From a bacterium (GTDB taxonomy: Bacteria > Margulisbacteria > Marinamargulisbacteria > JABGVJ01), in the NCBI GenBank assembly GCA_018646105.1, contig JABGVJ010000020.1:1-43558 (forward strand): a stretch of DNA of 43,558 nucleotides, given 5' to 3'. Both the position numbers and the translations under genes were made by a program. Positions 1 through 9,354 of this stretch are shown one piece after another. The notes beneath the pieces are model-generated. The model saw only the letters and a list, made by a program, of their open reading frames with translations. It made no database searches and was not told the origin of the DNA. How positions within the stretch are numbered: the stretch's first letter is position 1; the number at the start of each line of letters is the position of its first letter.

Positions 1-480
1 ATTAAGTTAGCTAAAGATATTGAGCTTTGGTTTATTTATCCTTTTAAAGATTATTTACCCGAGCATAATGAAAACAATAATTCGCTTGTAGTAAGACTGA
101 GTTATAAAGATATTGATTTTTTGTTCACGGGAGATTTGGAAAAAGAAAAAGAAATTTTATTAGCTAATATTTGGCAAGAAAAATTAGATTCAGAAGTTTT
201 AAAATTAGGGCATCATGGTAGTAACACGTCTAGTAGTAGTGAGTTTTTAAATATGGTTAAACCGGAATTAGCTATAATTTGTGTAGGTAATAAAAATAAG
301 TTTGGACATCCGTCCAAGAAAGTTTTACAAAAATTGCGCCATAGAAATATCAAATTTTTAAGAACAGATCAATCAGGAGCGATTGAAATTATTACAGATG
401 GTAAAAAGATTTTTTATAAAATCATGTTTAATAAAGGATTGATAACAAAGAAAAGTATTTTTCCTAAAAAACCAAAATAA
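1..480 (+). CDS. comEC: ComEC/Rec2 competence protein, C-terminal metallo-beta-lactamase domain (5' truncated by window edge)
   Basis: Frame is open from base 1. Motifs NNNSLVVRL, LFTGD, LKLGHHGS, N-x-FGHP and RTDQSGAI are typical of the ComEC MBL domain. Confidence 0.88.
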   Translation: MKLAKDIELWFIYPFKDYLPEHNENNNSLVVRLSYKDIDFLFTGDLEKEKEILLANIWQEKLDSEVLKLGHHGSNTSSSSEFLNMVKPELAIICVGNKNKFGHPSKKVLQKLRHRNIKFLRTDQSGAIEIITDGKKIFYKIMFNKGLITKKSIFPKKPK

Positions 481-1040
481 GCTAAAATAAAAATCAATAA
501 AAAACCGTAAGGTTCCAATCTTAGTAATTTGACTTTTAAATCATAAGGTAAAAAATATAAAAGTACTTTGGACCCATCTAAAGGTGGGATCGGAAACAGA
601 TTGAAAACAGCTAAAACCAAGTTTAAAATAATGGTAGTTTTAAGAATTGTTAGTAAGAAATAAGTAAATTCCGGAGAAATAATGATGGTATTAATAAGCA
701 AAAAAGCTTTAAACATGATACTAGCAAGGATGGCTAAACTGAGATTTGTGAGTGGCCCGGCTAAAGAAACGATCATCATATCTTTTAAAGGGTTTTTGAA
801 ATTAGCAGAGTTTACTGGTACGGGTTTGGCCCAGCCGATCATAAAATGACTGCCGGATAAAATAAAAAGTGCTGGTAAGATAATTGAGCCTAAAAGGTCA
901 ATATGTGAAATAGGGTTTAAGGTAAGTCGGCCAGCGTATTTGGCGGTTTTGTCCCCAAAAAGATAAGCTACATAACCGTGAGCAACTTCGTGAAAAATAA
1001 CAGAGATTAGTAATACGATGACCATGATAAGAATATTCAT
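414..1040 (-). CDS. Site-2 protease family (M50) membrane metalloprotease
   Basis: HEVAH zinc motif, GRLTLNP, AGPLTN, FNLFPIPPLDG and several hydrophobic segments. Confidence 0.93.
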   Translation of the reverse strand: MNILIMVIVLLISVIFHEVAHGYVAYLFGDKTAKYAGRLTLNPISHIDLLGSIILPALFILSGSHFMIGWAKPVPVNSANFKNPLKDMMIVSLAGPLTNLSLAILASIMFKAFLLINTIIISPEFTYFLLTILKTTIILNLVLAVFNLFPIPPLDGSKVLLYFLPYDLKVKLLRLEPYGFLLIFILAYFGFLGKILFFVINPLLNMIL

Positions 1041-1054
1041 TTGTTTTCCTTCTT

Positions 1055-1924
1055 CTAAGCGTGTGGATGTGCTTTATTGTAGATTTCTTTAATTTTAGCT
1101 CTGGAGACACTAGTATAAATCTGAGTAGTGGATATGTCACTATGTCCTAAAAGTTCTTGGACATCTCTTAGGCCAGCACCATGTTCTAATAAATGAGTGG
1201 CAAAAGAATGTCTTAGGGTATGTGGAGAAACACGGGGGTTGAGATGGGCTTTATGAACATATTTTTTAATGATATTAAATAACCCTTGTCTGGTAATAGC
1301 TTGACCTGATTTATTTAAAAATAAATTTTCTGGACTATGCGTACGAGCTATTTCTGGTCTTTCTTTTTGTAAATAATTTAAAATAGCGGTTTTTGCTTTG
1401 CTTCCTAAAGGTACAATGCGTTCTTTGGATCCTTTGCCAAAAATTTTGATGAGTTCAAAATTGTTTTCAAAAGCGGTTAGTTTAAGATTGGCTAGTTCAG
1501 AGGCTCTGAGACCACATGCATAAAAAAGTTCTAGAATCGCGGTATCTCTCATAAAAAAGGGGGTGTTTTGTTCTGGGGCAGAGATTAGTTTTTCTATTTC
1601 CTGAAGACTTATAGCTTTGGGAAGTTTTTTTTCTCTTTTAGGTTTGACGTCTATTAGTTGCGGTTCCTCTGTGAGAATTTTTTCAATATAAAGATACTTA
1701 CAAAAATTTTTGATTGCGGATAATTTACGCGAAATAGAGGCCGGACTGTATTCTCTATTATGTAAATAAACGGAAAATTTAGCGATATTTTGAGGTATTA
1801 GGGCTAAAGCACCTAAAAAATCTAAAAATTGTTCTATATCTGAACGATAGGCTTCAATGGTGTTTTCGGAAACACCTTTTTCGTAACGGAGGTAAAGTAA
1901 AAAATCGTTGATGTGTTGTTTCAT
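1055..1924 (-). CDS. xerD: Site-specific tyrosine recombinase XerD
   Basis: SENTIEAYRSD, YACGLRASEL, GKGSKERIVP, SPHTLRHSFATHLL, VQELLGHSDISTTQIYT, ending in HPHA. Confidence 0.88.
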   Translation of the reverse strand: MKQHINDFLLYLRYEKGVSENTIEAYRSDIEQFLDFLGALALIPQNIAKFSVYLHNREYSPASISRKLSAIKNFCKYLYIEKILTEEPQLIDVKPKREKKLPKAISLQEIEKLISAPEQNTPFFMRDTAILELFYACGLRASELANLKLTAFENNFELIKIFGKGSKERIVPLGSKAKTAILNYLQKERPEIARTHSPENLFLNKSGQAITRQGLFNIIKKYVHKAHLNPRVSPHTLRHSFATHLLEHGAGLRDVQELLGHSDISTTQIYTSVSRAKIKEIYNKAHPHA

Positions 1925-1967
1925 TAGGCCTCACCCCTTCCCCCTCTCCACATGTGGAGAGGGGGAA
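1925..1967 (+). repeat. REP-like hairpin element, short type
   Basis: TAGGCCTCACCCC leader followed by a perfect 30-bp palindrome TTCCCCCTCTCCACA|TGTGGAGAGGGGGAA (1938-1967). It fills the whole nudF-xerD gap. Confidence 0.9.
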
Positions 1968-1969
1968 AG

Positions 1970-2500
1970 TCACTTTTTTAAAATATTTTTAACCATTAAG
2001 AGCATTAAGATGGTTTTGGTGTCTTCAATTTGGTTGGTTTTGATCATATGGTCAATGTCGTCTAAGGTAATGGTTTCTAGGGCAATATGTTCATCGTGGT
2101 CGAAATTGGTGCTGCCTGGTGTTAAATCTTTTGCTAGGTACATATATGCGTATTCCTCACAAAAACCCGGGCTAGAATATGCTTTGGTTAACAATTGCCA
2201 GGATTTGGCGGTATAGCCTGTTTCTTCTTGTAATTCTCTTTTGGCGGCAACGAGAGGGTCTTCCCCATGGTCAATAATACCTGCGCAGGCTTCTAGAAGT
2301 TCTTTTTCGATGGGTTTACGGAATTGACGGACAAGATGGATTTTATTGGGTTTTTCAAAAGGGATCACCACGACACAGGGACTATGTTCTACAATGTCTC
2401 TGGTGGATTCGCGTCCGTCTTCTAGCCGTACCCAGTCTTTACGTACATTGAGGACAGTTCCTTTGTAATAGTATTCTGATTTAATAGTTGTTTCTTTCAT
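1970..2500 (-). CDS. nudF: NUDIX hydrolase, ADP-ribose pyrophosphatase-like
   Basis: Nudix box GIIDHGEDPLVAAKRELQEETGY, plus VRQFR, SSPGF and DTKT. Confidence 0.85.
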   Translation of the reverse strand: MKETTIKSEYYYKGTVLNVRKDWVRLEDGRESTRDIVEHSPCVVVIPFEKPNKIHLVRQFRKPIEKELLEACAGIIDHGEDPLVAAKRELQEETGYTAKSWQLLTKAYSSPGFCEEYAYMYLAKDLTPGSTNFDHDEHIALETITLDDIDHMIKTNQIEDTKTILMLLMVKNILKK

Positions 2501-2502
2501 AG

Positions 2503-3930
2503 TTAAATTGGCTTTAAAATAGTGCCATCCTTACTATCTTCGATGCTAAAACCTAATTTTTTAATTTGGTCTCTGATTGCATCTGCTTCTTGATATTTTT
2601 TTTGTTGTTTTAATAAATAACGGTGTTCTATCAATTTTAGTGCCTTAAATTCTTTTTCTAAATATTTTTTGTCCTTAGAAATAAGATTTTCTTTTTTGAG
2701 ATTTTCTAGGTTTGATAGTTGCGTACGGGCATTGGCTAGGTCTAGACCAAATACTTTATCCATATGAAAAAGAGTAGCGGCTTTTTTAGAAGCGTCTTCT
2801 TTACTTTCTAGGAGTTTCCAGACAACCGCTAAAGCTTTGGCCATATTGAGATCATCATAAATAGCTTCTTCAAAATTTTTGATATAAGGAGCTAAAACCT
2901 CACAAGCAGGAGCTGGTAACTCAAGACAATGTTTCCAGAGTTTGACTAAAGCGGTTTGGGCTGCGTTTAAAGCTTCCCAGGTAAAATTAATAGGTTTGCG
3001 GTATGAAGTTCCTAAGAAAAAATAACGTAGAGCAAGAGGAACAAAGTCTTTGCCGGCTAAATCTTGGAGGGTATACAAATTACCCAGAGATTTGGACATC
3101 TTGGTGTTATTCACATTAAGGAAGGCTGTATGCGTCCAATAATTTACAAACTTTTTACCAGTTGCGCATTCTGATTGTGCGATTTCATTGGTATGGTGAA
3201 CAGGGATATGGTCGATGCCGCCGGTATGAATATCGAGCGTTTCACCAAGGTACCTCATAGACATGGCCGAACACTCAATATGCCAGCCAGGAAAACCTTT
3301 ACCCCATTTACTATCCCATTGCATAAGATGATTTGGTTGATTGGTAACCCAAAGTGCGAAGTCCCAAGGGTTTTTGCGTTCCTTGTCAATTTTGACACGC
3401 GCACCCGCTTCCTGTTTGGCTAAATTTAATTTAGCAAAGTTCGGATATGCAGCAAATTTTGATGTATCAAAGATCACACCAACGCTGGTTTTGTAGGTAT
3501 AACCATTTTTTTCTAATTGTTCAATTAAATGTAGCATATCTGAAATATGTTCCGTAGCACGGCAAATAGTGTTAGGTTTAAGGATGTTCATTTTAACGGT
3601 TTCTTCCCAAAAGCATTTTTCATAGAAACGCGCGATTTCAGCAGGGGTTTTGTTTTCTTTTTTTGCACCTACAATCAATTTATCTTCGCCTTCGTCCGCA
3701 TCGCTGGTCATATGACCTACGTCGGTAACATTCATAACGTGGCGGATGTCATAGCCAGCATACTCCAGGACACGTCTTAACAGGTCGCTGGTGGTGTAGG
3801 TGTATAGGTGGCCGATATGGGTGTAATAATAAGCAGTGATACCGCAACTATACATAGAGACGTATTTTTTATTTAAAGGTTGAAAAGTTTCTACTTTACG
3901 GGAAGCAGTGTTAAAAAGTTTGATAGGCAT
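2503..3930 (-). CDS. cysS: Cysteine--tRNA ligase
   Basis: YSCG, HIGH, DFALW, GFPGWHIECSAMS, DIHTGGIDH, HHTNEIAQ and KMSKS. Confidence 0.97.
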   Translation of the reverse strand: MPIKLFNTASRKVETFQPLNKKYVSMYSCGITAYYYTHIGHLYTYTTSDLLRRVLEYAGYDIRHVMNVTDVGHMTSDADEGEDKLIVGAKKENKTPAEIARFYEKCFWEETVKMNILKPNTICRATEHISDMLHLIEQLEKNGYTYKTSVGVIFDTSKFAAYPNFAKLNLAKQEAGARVKIDKERKNPWDFALWVTNQPNHLMQWDSKWGKGFPGWHIECSAMSMRYLGETLDIHTGGIDHIPVHHTNEIAQSECATGKKFVNYWTHTAFLNVNNTKMSKSLGNLYTLQDLAGKDFVPLALRYFFLGTSYRKPINFTWEALNAAQTALVKLWKHCLELPAPACEVLAPYIKNFEEAIYDDLNMAKALAVVWKLLESKEDASKKAATLFHMDKVFGLDLANARTQLSNLENLKKENLISKDKKYLEKEFKALKLIEHRYLLKQQKKYQEADAIRDQIKKLGFSIEDSKDGTILKPI

Positions 3931-4000
3931 ATTTTTCTCCTTCGTTTTACTAAATAAATATTAGCATATATAAAAATATTTGATAAATATTAAGCTAGAG

Positions 4001-4029
4001 TGAATTTTTTTGTAAAAATTATCGATAAG
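4001..4029 (+). promoter_or_regulatory. Putative sigma28 (FliA/SigD)-like promoter
   Basis: TGAA-N17-TCGATAAG. The same spacing and motif occur upstream of three other orphan genes. Confidence 0.55.
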
Positions 4030-4048
4030 TTAATAAAGGGTATTAACC

Positions 4049-4201
4049 CTGTCTTTTCGGCGCTCACTCGGTCATGAAAATCTCTACGAGCTTTTCGTGA
4101 CTCTCGTTTCGCTTGAAAATAGAGTGTACTGTCTTTTCGGCACTCACTCGGTCATGAAAATCTCTACGAGCTTTTCGTGACTCTCGTTTCGCTTGAAAAT
4201 A
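4049..4201. repeat. Tandem duplication of a 73-bp hairpin-forming unit (period 80 bp)
   Basis: 4049-4121 and 4129-4201 differ at one base (4062 G vs 4142 A). Internal stem GTCATGAAAA...TTTTCGTGAC. Confidence 0.93.
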
Positions 4202-4214
4202 AAATGGAGCAAAA

Positions 4215-4655
4215 ATGAAAAAAATAATAGCTATGATTTTGAGATTACCTTCAAGAGCAAGTTCGACTTCGACGTCCCCTTTGCCAACCCCTAAAGCTAT
4301 GGATTGGGAATATTCTACGAATTTGTTAATAATAAAAATTAATAATGGTGATTTTGATAATTTTGTTGGGTTAAAGCAAGTGGATGATTTGCAAGAGTTG
4401 GCGACTGATTTAGTGAAGAATCATTTGGATAAAGTAGATTCTGTGATGAGTCAATGTATACATGTTGGTTTCAAACTAAAAGTAGGTTTAGGATTAGAAA
4501 CGTTAGCAATAGATCTTGCTTTAAAAAATGATAAAGAGATATTAGATGAAGTTATTAAATGTAGGTATACTTTATTTTTACAACATTTGGTGACCGCATT
4601 GATACAAGCAGGTAAAATCGAATTGGCAGTAAAGATTACAAGGTCAACTAGTTAA
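4215..4655 (+). CDS. Hypothetical protein with KIIAM N-terminal motif and Ser/Thr/Pro-rich leader
   Basis: 146-aa ORF with GGAG RBS upstream. No recognisable family. Confidence 0.7.
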   Translation: MKKIIAMILRLPSRASSTSTSPLPTPKAMDWEYSTNLLIIKINNGDFDNFVGLKQVDDLQELATDLVKNHLDKVDSVMSQCIHVGFKLKVGLGLETLAIDLALKNDKEILDEVIKCRYTLFLQHLVTALIQAGKIELAVKITRSTS

Positions 4656-5970
4656 AAAAGTTTGGAATGAGGTTTTCCTGATTAAAATAAGTTAATTCTT
4701 TTTTTATGGCTGATTTGGATTTAATAAGGTTTATATGTTCTTTTTTATAGTATTTAAGTAATAGGGGTAAAGCTTTTGTTGGAGCAGATTTTTGCAGGAT
4801 GATACTCAAGGCAGCATTGATTTCAGCATAAGTGCCGACACATTCAAAGGGTTTAGTAGTGGTAGCCCCAATTAGTTCCTGAAAAACACTTAATAGTTTG
4901 GCATTTTCAAATAGATTATTACCAAAAATATGCAATAACTCTTCAGGACTTAAAAAAGCACTAAACATAATATAGACGAATAAACATTTGGGACAATTAC
5001 AACACCAAATACCGTTTTTACTACCTTTATTACAACTACGAAATACTGTGAAATACTGTTTATTTAATTGAGAAAATTTTTGTGCTATTTGAAGCTCATT
5101 AAACCTTCTTAATAAACTAAAATAGTGAATATGGTCTACTATAAAATTAGCTACATAATTTTTAAAATCTTTTTCAAATTCAAAACTTTTAGAATATTGA
5201 TGATTGATGCTGGTGCCTGGGATAGTAGCTTCATTAGCACTAGCTTCATTAGATAAAACAATGTATTCATAACCAAATAAAGCAGCACAAAGCAGGCTAG
5301 TAAACGCGAGTAAAGCAGAAAATGGCGTATGCCCGTTTAAAAATCCTTTTTGATTTAAATCAAGTAATTTAGGATCAATGGTTCTTTGTATTTCTAGAAT
5401 ATTTGTTTGTTGATAACCAGCGATAAAACAAGTTTTGAGACTGGCTTCACGAGGATTAAGAATTAAAGGCGTATTAGATGATTTGGTTTTGACTAATGTT
5501 TCTAGTGTGACGATAGAATCTTTGCCGCCACCGATAGGAATTAGATTTTTATGCGTGGGTTGTAAATTTTGTTTTTGGAATTTTTTAGGGTTTTTAATTT
5601 CAATCTCTACAAAATCATCTACATTATTTTGAATTTTATTTTGGTAAAAGAACTCCCCTAGCCCTTTGAAATAAAGTTTTTTCCACCATTTGATTTGGGC
5701 TGTATTTAAAGAACCTGGTGCTTCAATAATTATTTTAGGCGAACAAGTGGCTTTCCAATAACTAATAAGTTCAATTAACCCTAAATTAAAGACCATGTTT
5801 TGGATAACGTCAGACTCTAAGTCTATTTGTAGCTTAAAATCTTTTTTAGGGATGGTGATTTGCGGATGGAATTGGATTTCCTTTGTAAGGTAAAAATGGA
5901 AACTGATAATAATATTTTGTCGAATTTTTTCGATTTTATAAGATTTATAAATAAATTCTGGGTACTTCAT
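4648..5970 (-). CDS. murL: MurL-like UDP-MurNAc-L-Ala-L-Glu epimerase
   Basis: SYWKA, PP-loop GGGKDS, NGHTPFS, SNE-x-SA, NHQYSKS, SCN...WCCNCPKC and KPFECVG. Confidence 0.8.
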   Translation of the reverse strand: MKYPEFIYKSYKIEKIRQNIIISFHFYLTKEIQFHPQITIPKKDFKLQIDLESDVIQNMVFNLGLIELISYWKATCSPKIIIEAPGSLNTAQIKWWKKLYFKGLGEFFYQNKIQNNVDDFVEIEIKNPKKFQKQNLQPTHKNLIPIGGGKDSIVTLETLVKTKSSNTPLILNPREASLKTCFIAGYQQTNILEIQRTIDPKLLDLNQKGFLNGHTPFSALLAFTSLLCAALFGYEYIVLSNEASANEATIPGTSINHQYSKSFEFEKDFKNYVANFIVDHIHYFSLLRRFNELQIAQKFSQLNKQYFTVFRSCNKGSKNGIWCCNCPKCLFVYIMFSAFLSPEELLHIFGNNLFENAKLLSVFQELIGATTTKPFECVGTYAEINAALSIILQKSAPTKALPLLLKYYKKEHINLIKSKSAIKKELTYFNQENLIPNFFN

Positions 5971-5979
5971 AATTTAATA

Positions 5980-6444
5980 TTATAACAAGTTAGTTTTTGA
6001 GCGTCGAATATGCGTAAAAAAATCTTTGAGTATATACGAACATTTAGGATCGTTTAAATAAGTAACGATTACTTGATGATTGAATTTATTTTCAAACAAA
6101 TTTAGCACAGAGCCAGCTGCTCCACCTTTAGTATCGTGAGCCCCGAAAACGACATTTTTAATCCGAGCTTGGATGATGGCGCCGGCGCACATAGGGCAAG
6201 GTTCCAAGGTGGTATAAAGCGTGCAGTCTTGGAGCCGCCATGTTTTAAGTTTTTTAGAAGCTTTTTGGATGACCAGAAGTTCGGCGTGGGCAGTGGTGTC
6301 TTGTTTGGTTTCTATCAGATTGTGGGCACGGGCAATAATTTTATTATCCTTGGTAAGGATAGCACCGACAGGAACTTCGTTTTTAAGAAAAGCTTTTTGG
6401 GCTTCTTTATAAGCTAGATCTAAAAATTGTTGTGTCATATTCAC
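5980..6444 (-). CDS. tadA: tRNA adenosine(34) deaminase
   Basis: EVPVGA, TAHAE, TLEPCPMCAGA, D-x-KGGA and FNH. Confidence 0.92.
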   Translation of the reverse strand: MNMTQQFLDLAYKEAQKAFLKNEVPVGAILTKDNKIIARAHNLIETKQDTTAHAELLVIQKASKKLKTWRLQDCTLYTTLEPCPMCAGAIIQARIKNVVFGAHDTKGGAAGSVLNLFENKFNHQVIVTYLNDPKCSYILKDFFTHIRRSKTNLL

Positions 6445-6449
6445 TAAAT

Positions 6450-6848
6450 TTAATTAACGCTAAATCCTAAGCCGCTAGTATCTATATTGGGAAATCTTTT
6501 GGTTTCGGATAGTGATTCGTATTTTTCTTCATAGCTTTCTATGTCTTCTTGGAGCATTTGAGCTAGTCTTTTAGCATTAGCCGGATTTAAGATAACCCTG
6601 GAAAAAATTTTCCCCTTAGCTATTTGCGGTTGTAAAAAGGCAAAGTCTAAAATAAATTCTTCTTTATTAAAATTAACCATAACCAAATTGCTGTAATTAC
6701 CAGAAGCTATTTCGTTATTAATGTCTAATTGGATTTGTAATTTTTCTTTTTTGGCAAGTTCGTTTAATTTTTTTAATTTTTCAGCTAAATTTTTAGCTTC
6801 ATCTTCATTATTGTTTTCTTGGTTTTCCTCATTAATATTTTCGATCAT
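6450..6848 (-). CDS. DUF3467 family protein
   Basis: G-x-YSNL, EFILDF and SRVILNP-x-x-AKRL signature. Confidence 0.78.
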   Translation of the reverse strand: MIENINEENQENNNEDEAKNLAEKLKKLNELAKKEKLQIQLDINNEIASGNYSNLVMVNFNKEEFILDFAFLQPQIAKGKIFSRVILNPANAKRLAQMLQEDIESYEEKYESLSETKRFPNIDTSGLGFSVN

Positions 6849-6862
6849 TTTTAGACTCCTTT

Positions 6863-7426
6863 TTATTTTACTCTTTCCAGATATTCCTGGGTTTCGGTAT
6901 TGATCCTGACCATATCTCCTTCTTTAATAAAAGCAGGAGCCTGGATAGTAAGGTTGTTTTCTAAAATTATAGGGCTAAGAGAAGCTGTAACCGTGGCTTT
7001 TTTGATGACGGGTGGAGCACTTATAACTTTGAAATCCATGGTTTTGGGAAGTTCGAGATCCACGGCTTTGTCTTGATAAAATACAACTGTATAATCTTCA
7101 CCTTCCTTTAGAAAATAATCAAGATCGTTAAACATCTCTTTGGAAAGCATATGTTGTTCATAATCAGAATGACTCATAAAAATATAATGGTCTTCATCTT
7201 TGTAAAGGTATTGCATTTGTTGGTTTTCCAAGGCTGCTTTTTCGACTTTGTCTGATGATTTAAAGCGACGTTCCATATTTTTGTTATTGATAATATTTTT
7301 GAGTTTAGTCTGAATACAGGCATCACCTTTACCAGGTGTTCGATGCATCATCCAGGTAACACGACAAAGCGTGCCTTCTAAGTTTAAAATCATGCCTTTT
7401 CTGATTTGGGTCGCATTGATATACAT
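6863..7426 (-). CDS. efp: Translation elongation factor P
   Basis: HRTPGKG loop, MQYLY, P-x-FIKEGD and C-terminal YLERV; 187 aa. Confidence 0.95.
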   Translation of the reverse strand: MYINATQIRKGMILNLEGTLCRVTWMMHRTPGKGDACIQTKLKNIINNKNMERRFKSSDKVEKAALENQQMQYLYKDEDHYIFMSHSDYEQHMLSKEMFNDLDYFLKEGEDYTVVFYQDKAVDLELPKTMDFKVISAPPVIKKATVTASLSPIILENNLTIQAPAFIKEGDMVRINTETQEYLERVK

Positions 7427-7542
7427 TTTTTTTTCTCCTTGAGCGATAGCTTCAATTTTTAATAAATAAAGTTTTTTATATAATAACTGATAATGGTCTT
7501 TTTTTTAAGGTATACCTTCAGAATTAGGGGAAATTATTTCTT

Positions 7543-7587
7543 TAGGCCTCACCCCCTAGCCCCCTCTCCATAAATGTAGAGGGGGAA
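7543..7587 (+). repeat. REP-like hairpin element, short type
   Basis: TAGGCCTCACCCCCTAGCCCCCTCTCCATAAATGTAGAGGGGGAA. Confidence 0.9.
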
Positions 7588-7655
7588 TTAATGTTTTATT
7601 TTTTTTTAAATACATAAAGAGATATTCCTTCAGGACCTTATGTTATAATTAATTT

Positions 7656-8252
7656 ATGTATTTAATCGTATGCTTAGGTAATCCTGAAACTAAATATAAA
7701 AATAATCGGCATAATATAGGATTTAGGGTAGCTGATTTTTTGGTTAAACAATTTGTTTTTTCTACGAAAAAGAAAAAATTCAAAGCTTGTTTTTATGAGG
7801 GATTGATCGCTGATAAAAAAGTATTGTTGATCAAACCACAGACCTATATGAATAATTCCGGAGAAGCTGTGATTTTAGCGGCTAGTTTTTATAAAATTCC
7901 TATGGATCAGATATTAGTTATTTATGACGATGTAGATTTGTTATTTAAAAATATGCGTCTAAAACCAAAAGGTTCTGCGGGTACGCATAATGGACTAAAA
8001 TCAGTTATTGCGTGTTTGAAAACTACAGATTTTGCCAGATTAAGACTGGGTATTGGCCCAAAGCCAGAGCACGGGGGGTTACATGATTTTGTTTTGGGGG
8101 ATTTTACGGAAGACGAAAAAAAAGAATTACCTGCTATTATAAAAAAAGCCGGAAATGCGGTGGAATCTTATGTGGTGAATGGTATTGATAGTGCTATGAA
8201 TAATCATAATCAAGGAGATTTAAATTTGCACGATTCCTGCTTGAAAGTATAG
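7656..8252 (+). CDS. pth: Peptidyl-tRNA hydrolase
   Basis: LGNP, RHNIGF, KPQTYMNNSG, GSAGTHNGLKS and RLRLGIG. Confidence 0.96.
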   Translation: MYLIVCLGNPETKYKNNRHNIGFRVADFLVKQFVFSTKKKKFKACFYEGLIADKKVLLIKPQTYMNNSGEAVILAASFYKIPMDQILVIYDDVDLLFKNMRLKPKGSAGTHNGLKSVIACLKTTDFARLRLGIGPKPEHGGLHDFVLGDFTEDEKKELPAIIKKAGNAVESYVVNGIDSAMNNHNQGDLNLHDSCLKV

Positions 8253-8272
8253 AGTATGGTCTTTTCGGCGCT
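8239..8272. repeat. Partial relative of the 4049-4201 repeat
   Basis: GCTTGAAAGTATAGAGTATGGTCTTTTCGGCGCT resembles the junction GCTTGAAAATAGAGTGTACTGTCTTTTCGGCACT at 4111-4144. Confidence 0.6.
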
Positions 8273-8334
8273 TGCTATGCCGGTTAATACCATTTATAAT
8301 TTTTAGATATTAACTTAAAGGAAGTGAATTAACA

Positions 8335-8676
8335 GTGAGTAACTTGGATCTAGATCAATATATTAAGTTTTTTAAAGCATTAGCTAGTGAAGAACGTTTA
8401 AAAATGTTGATTTTATTGATGGAAAACCAAGAGATGGTACCACAAAATATTGAAAAACATTTTTTTCTAGAGCAATCTACTACTTCACATCATTTGAATA
8501 CTTTAAGAAGAGCGGGTATTGCCAAAATAAGAAAAGAAGGTAGATTTATCTATTATGCGATTGATTATGATAATTTTAGAGATATGTTGGAAAAGTTTAA
8601 AAAAGATTTTTTAAGCAACAAAAAAAATAAATACATTTCAGAGTCTGATAATCCCGATAAAACAAATAGAGGTTAA
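8335..8676 (+). CDS. ArsR/SmtB family transcriptional regulator
   Basis: FKALASEERLKML, QSTTSHHLNTLRRAG and RKEGRFIYY winged HTH. Confidence 0.9.
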   Translation: MSNLDLDQYIKFFKALASEERLKMLILLMENQEMVPQNIEKHFFLEQSTTSHHLNTLRRAGIAKIRKEGRFIYYAIDYDNFRDMLEKFKKDFLSNKKNKYISESDNPDKTNRG

Positions 8677-8701
8677 GAATACAAGATAAGGAGCGTTAAT
8701 A

Positions 8702-9034
8702 TTGACAGATAAAAAAGTCAGAGAATTAGAAACGCAAAAACAAAAAAGATTTTCGCTTTTAAAAAAGAAAGAAGCGGCTAAGGCTAAGAATACTTTTTTA
8801 TCTCCACATAAACGATTTCAAGAAATATTGAAAAACATTTTACCTCATATAGGTACAGATGAAGAAAAGGTTATTCAAGCGGAAGTTTTATTGGCTTTAA
8901 AATTAGAAGGTATTGTCGGTGAAAATCTAACAAAATCGGATACTAAACTAATTCGGATTATTAAAGAAACCATATTGGTGGACGCTAATAAAAAAGAAGA
9001 AGCGCTTTTAGTGGCGGAACGGTTGAGGAGATAA
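8702..9034 (+). CDS. Hypothetical protein
   Basis: 110-aa ORF with TTG start and strong AAGGAG RBS, in operon context. Confidence 0.7.
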   Translation: MTDKKVRELETQKQKRFSLLKKKEAAKAKNTFLSPHKRFQEILKNILPHIGTDEEKVIQAEVLLALKLEGIVGENLTKSDTKLIRIIKETILVDANKKEEALLVAERLRR

Positions 9035-9038
9035 AATT

Positions 9039-9329
9039 ATGGTTGATATAGAAGGTGTACAATCAGAGTTTTTTAAAAACCAACGACCAAGTGAACAGCT
9101 TGCTGATATGACTCAGCAAGAAATAGAGCGTTTGCGTAAACAAGGCGTAGATGTACCTGATTTGAAGCTGGACGGTAAAAAAGCAGCTCATTTAGATGGT
9201 AAAAAGATCAAAGAAATTACTGTGGAGCAAGCGAAAATGAATGAAAATACCGTGGTTTCTACAGAAGGTGTCAAAGAAGAAACGTCTAGTGACCCTAAGC
9301 CATCAGGACATATTGATTTTCAAATTTAA
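9039..9329 (+). CDS. Hypothetical protein with C-terminal GHIDFQI
   Basis: 96-aa ORF with GAGGAG RBS, 4 bp after the previous stop. Confidence 0.72.
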   Translation: MVDIEGVQSEFFKNQRPSEQLADMTQQEIERLRKQGVDVPDLKLDGKKAAHLDGKKIKEITVEQAKMNENTVVSTEGVKEETSSDPKPSGHIDFQI

Positions 9330-9354
9330 AAAATAATATTTAACAATTAATTTT

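Noticed and set aside
1055-1924. Tyrosine recombinase as the integrase of a prophage or island
   Set aside because: The sequence is typical chromosomal XerD in the common nudF-xerD context, and there are no phage genes or att sites.
4049-4201. Possible CRISPR array
   Set aside because: Only two 73-bp units separated by 7 bp, with no unique spacers of CRISPR length and no cas genes.
4215-4250. KIIAI-type N-termini as ParA/MinD ATPases
   Set aside because: None is followed by the KGGVGKT deviant Walker A motif.
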